DNA from: Chiloscyllium plagiosum
Lineage: Eukaryota
NCBI RefSeq assembly: GCF_004010195.1
Contig: NC_057740.1
Location: forward strand, 41,422,718-41,474,928
Reading direction: 5' to 3'
DNA length: 52,211 nucleotides
A program made the position numbers and the translations under genes. The notes under the pieces were generated by a model. That model searched no databases and was not told the DNA's origin. It saw nothing but the letters and a program-made list of their open reading frames with translations. Positions 49,200 to 52,211 of the stretch are shown here, piece by piece (position 1 is the stretch's first letter; each line of letters opens with the position of its first letter).

Positions 49200-50485
49200 C
49201 CGGGGTCATAAACCAGAACCAAGGGCTTCAACCAATTGGCAAAGAGACCCAGAGGAACATGAGAAGAGATTTGTTCAAGCAGCAGGTTGTTAAAGTCTGG
49301 AACACTGTAAAGTTGTGAAATCAAGTTCCATGTGCAGGGACTTACGGATTTAATTGCATTCAGCTCCTGACATCCTGGTTTATAGCCTGAAACAGACCAT
49401 TCGGTCCAGCCAGTACACACTGACCATGTTCCCAAACTAAACTAGCTCCACCTGCCTGTACTTGACCCATAACCGTCCAAACCTTTCTGAACCATGAATT
49501 TATCCGGGAATGGAGGGTTTGAGTTCTACAAATAGATTGGAAAGGCTGGGGCTTTTTTCACTGGAGTGTAAGAAGTTGAGGGGTGACCTTGTAGAGGTTT
49601 ATAAATTCTTGAGGGGCATGGACAAGGTGAATGACAAGGGTCTTTTCACTAGAGTGGGGGAGTTTAAAACTAGGGGACATATTTTTTAAGGTGAGAGGAA
49701 AAAGATTTTGAAAGGGCATGAGGAGCAGCATTTTTTACACAGAGTAGTTCACAGAGAGTGGACTACCAGAGAAAGTGGTGGAAACATGTACAGTTATAAT
49801 GTGATTTAATTGTGATAAACTCTGATTGAGCTTTTGACTTTGTTTAGTTACACTGTGCCACCAGGTGACTAACCTGCTAAACCTGTGATTATAATGTATA
49901 GGGGAAAGGACTGCACAGCTCTTTCTACAAAATACCTCATGCTGTTACATGGCCGGGGGAGGGGGGAGGGGTTTGGTGGTGGTGGTGGTGACGGGAACTG
50001 TGGCAAATCTTTTAAAATCTTGTCTTTCATGGATAGGATAAATAGACAAAGTCTTTTCCCTGAACTGAACTGGGGGAGTCCAGAACTAGAGGGCGTAGAT
50101 TTAAGGTGAGAGGGGAAAGATATAAAAGAGGCCTAAAGGGTAACTTTTTCATGAGGATTTCCTTGCTGTACATCTCTATGACTCTATGTGTGTGGCTGGG
50201 TTGCTGGCAAAGCTATTGCTTGTGGGCCATTCTTTACTAGATAAAAGGGCGACATTTTTCACACAGAGCGGGGTGAGAGCCTGGGACATGCTGCCAGAGG
50301 AGTTGGTGGAAGCAGACACAATAGCAACATTCAAGAAACACCTGGGCAAATACAGGAATAGGAAGGGAATAGAGGGATACGGATCCTGTAAGTGAAGACA
50401 GTTTTAATACGGAAGGGCAAAATGCATCAGCACAGGATTGGAGGGCCGACGGGGCTGTTCCTGTGTTGTAAAGTCCTTTGTTCTT
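49200..50485. mobile_element. Cluster of CR1 3' fragments in the intron after the PLVAP-like exon
   Basis: Repeated FFTQ..VR.W..LPEE.VEA.TI.TFK peptides and CR1 tails. Confidence 0.75.
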
Positions 50486-51271
50486 TGACACAGAGACTTT
50501 AGGCTTCACTGCTGATGGGTTAGGAATGGTCCAGCCTGGAATCTGACCCCTAACTGTGCAATACCCCTCCAAGATAAAATGCTCTTCTGACCCATAGACT
50601 CAGAGAATGATGGATTTAGCAGTGAAGACCCAGCAGTCAAATCGTCAATTGATGATCACTATCAAGATTCAGTTTCATAGAACAGACACTGGAGCAGAGT
50701 GTGAAGAATAGGAAACACTCTGATAAAGGCAAAAGAAAGGACTTCCATTTACATAACAACTTGCCCAATTGCAGCATATCGCAAAGTGTTTTAGAGACAA
50801 TAACACACTTTTTAACAAAATAATAATAGTACCCACACATCCTGGAAATGTTAAATGAGGACAGTGTAGAGGGAGCTTTATTCTGTATCTAACCCCGTGC
50901 TGTCCCTCGTCCTGGGAGTGTTTGATGGGGACAGTGTAGAAGGAGCTTTACTCTGTATCTAACCCCGTTCTGTCCCTGCCCTGGGAAGGTTTGATGGGGA
51001 CAGTGTAGAGAGAGATTTAGTAAAATTACAACACCATATACAGTAATTTGTAACATTGAGGAACCTGGGGACACTTCATTGTTGGTGTCCAAAATCTGTG
51101 TGACAGAGGCAGGATAAAGGGACCAGCTTTAAGGAGAGAGAGGTAGAGACAAAGGAGACATTTTGGGAATGAATTCCAGGCTTTGGGCTCAGACAGGGAT
51201 CAATAGGAATCACGGGATGCACAAGGGATCAGAAATGGAGGAGGGCAGAGATCTCACACACTGGATGAGTT

Positions 51272-51805
51272 TACAGAGATAGAGGGGGTGTAGGGGCTGG
51301 AGGAGGTGACAGAGATAGAGTGGGGTGTAGGGGCTGGAGGAGGTGACAGAGATAGAGTGGGGTGTAGGGGCTGGAGGAGGTGACAGAGATAGAGTGGGGT
51401 GTAGGGGCTGGAGGAGGTGACAGAGATAGAGTGGGGTGTAGGGGCTGGAGGAGGTGACAGAGATAGAGTGGGGTGTAGGGGCTGGAGGAGGTGACAGAGA
51501 TAGAGTGGGGTGTAGGGGCTGGAGGAGGTGACAGAGATAGAGTGGGGTGTAGGGGCTGGAGGAGGTGACAGAGATAGAGTGGGGTGTAGGGGCTGGAGGA
51601 GGTGACAGAGATAGAGTGGGGTGTAGGGGCTGGAGGAGGTGACAGAGATAGAGTGGGGTGTAGGGGCTGGAGGAGGTGACAGAGATAGAGAGGGGTGTAG
51701 GGGCTGGAGGAGGTGACAGAGATAGGCAGGGTGTAGGGGCTGGAGGAGGTGACAGAGATAGGCAGGGTGTAGGGGCTGGAGGAGGTGACAGAAATAGGCA
51801 GGGGG
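51272..51805. repeat. 37-bp G-rich minisatellite, about 14 units (gacagagatagagtggggtgtaggggctggaggaggt)
   Basis: Period measured directly (51308 to 51345); central units identical. Confidence 0.95.
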
Positions 51806-52099
51806 TAGTGATTGTAACATGATCAGCCTGGTTGACCTCCATCAGCCCCTACAGCTCTCTGTATCTGCCTTGAAAATAATCAAAGACCATCGACCCATCA
51901 CATTTTAAGGAAGAGAGTTCTAAAGAGACTGACAAGTAAAAATAACCTGATCTCTGTTTGAAAAAGGCGAACCCCTCATTTTGAAACAGTGAGCCCTCGG
52001 TCTGGATTCTCCCTGAAAAGGGAACGCTCTCTTCACATCCTTCAGAATCTTACACATTTCAATCAAGTCACTTCTCCATCTTGTAACCTCCCAGGATAT

Positions 52100-52211
52100 G
52101 TCCCAGCCTGCACAACCCCTCCCCAACCACAGCCTGCACAACCCCTCCCCAAAACACAGCCTGACCAACACCTCCCCAAAACACAGCCTGCACATCCCCT
52201 CCACAAACCAC
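52100..52211. repeat. Short tandem repeat of about 25 bp (cacagcctgcacaacccctccccaa) running off the window end
   Basis: Four to five imperfect units. Confidence 0.8.

Noticed and set aside
48365-49318. 317-aa single-exon gene
   Set aside because: The ORF runs past clear splice sites; the start is intron pyrimidine tract and the end is intron and CR1 sequence. Only 48399-49090 is called.
51210-51842. Pro/Ser-rich repetitive proteins
   Set aside because: Translations of the 37-bp minisatellite.

Overview
Vertebrate nuclear DNA with two assembly gaps (31092-32023, 46809-47308). The repeat content (HE1-type V-SINEs, HER1/CR1 LINEs, Deu-type SINEs) suggests a cartilaginous fish, probably a shark; this is an inference. 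Two protein-coding genes lie head-to-head. MPV17L2 is on the minus strand: four well-supported coding exons at 41285-35141, a probable last coding exon at 25377-25294 and a CCAAT/ETS promoter near 42.3-42.45 kb. On the plus strand there is one large coiled-coil exon of a divergent PLVAP-like gene (48399-49090), whose transmembrane exon is not visible. The rest is mostly decayed CR1 and L2 LINEs, SINEs, Penelope-like (GIY-YIG) fragments, a Tc1/mariner-type MITE and minisatellites. The most notable signal is a set of more than 15 short Penelope-derived inserts. They carry minimal hammerhead-ribozyme cores (CUGANGA-stem II-GAAA plus a palindromic ACGU/AGCU stem III), are often folded back as inverted pairs, and many have 11-16 bp target-site duplications. 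Also notable are a duplicated HNF1/HNF4/TATA-like promoter module (6.4-6.7 kb and 19.4-19.7 kb) and a candidate spliced non-coding minus-strand transcript at 4.0-6.4 kb. All calls are by eye, and repeat boundaries are approximate.
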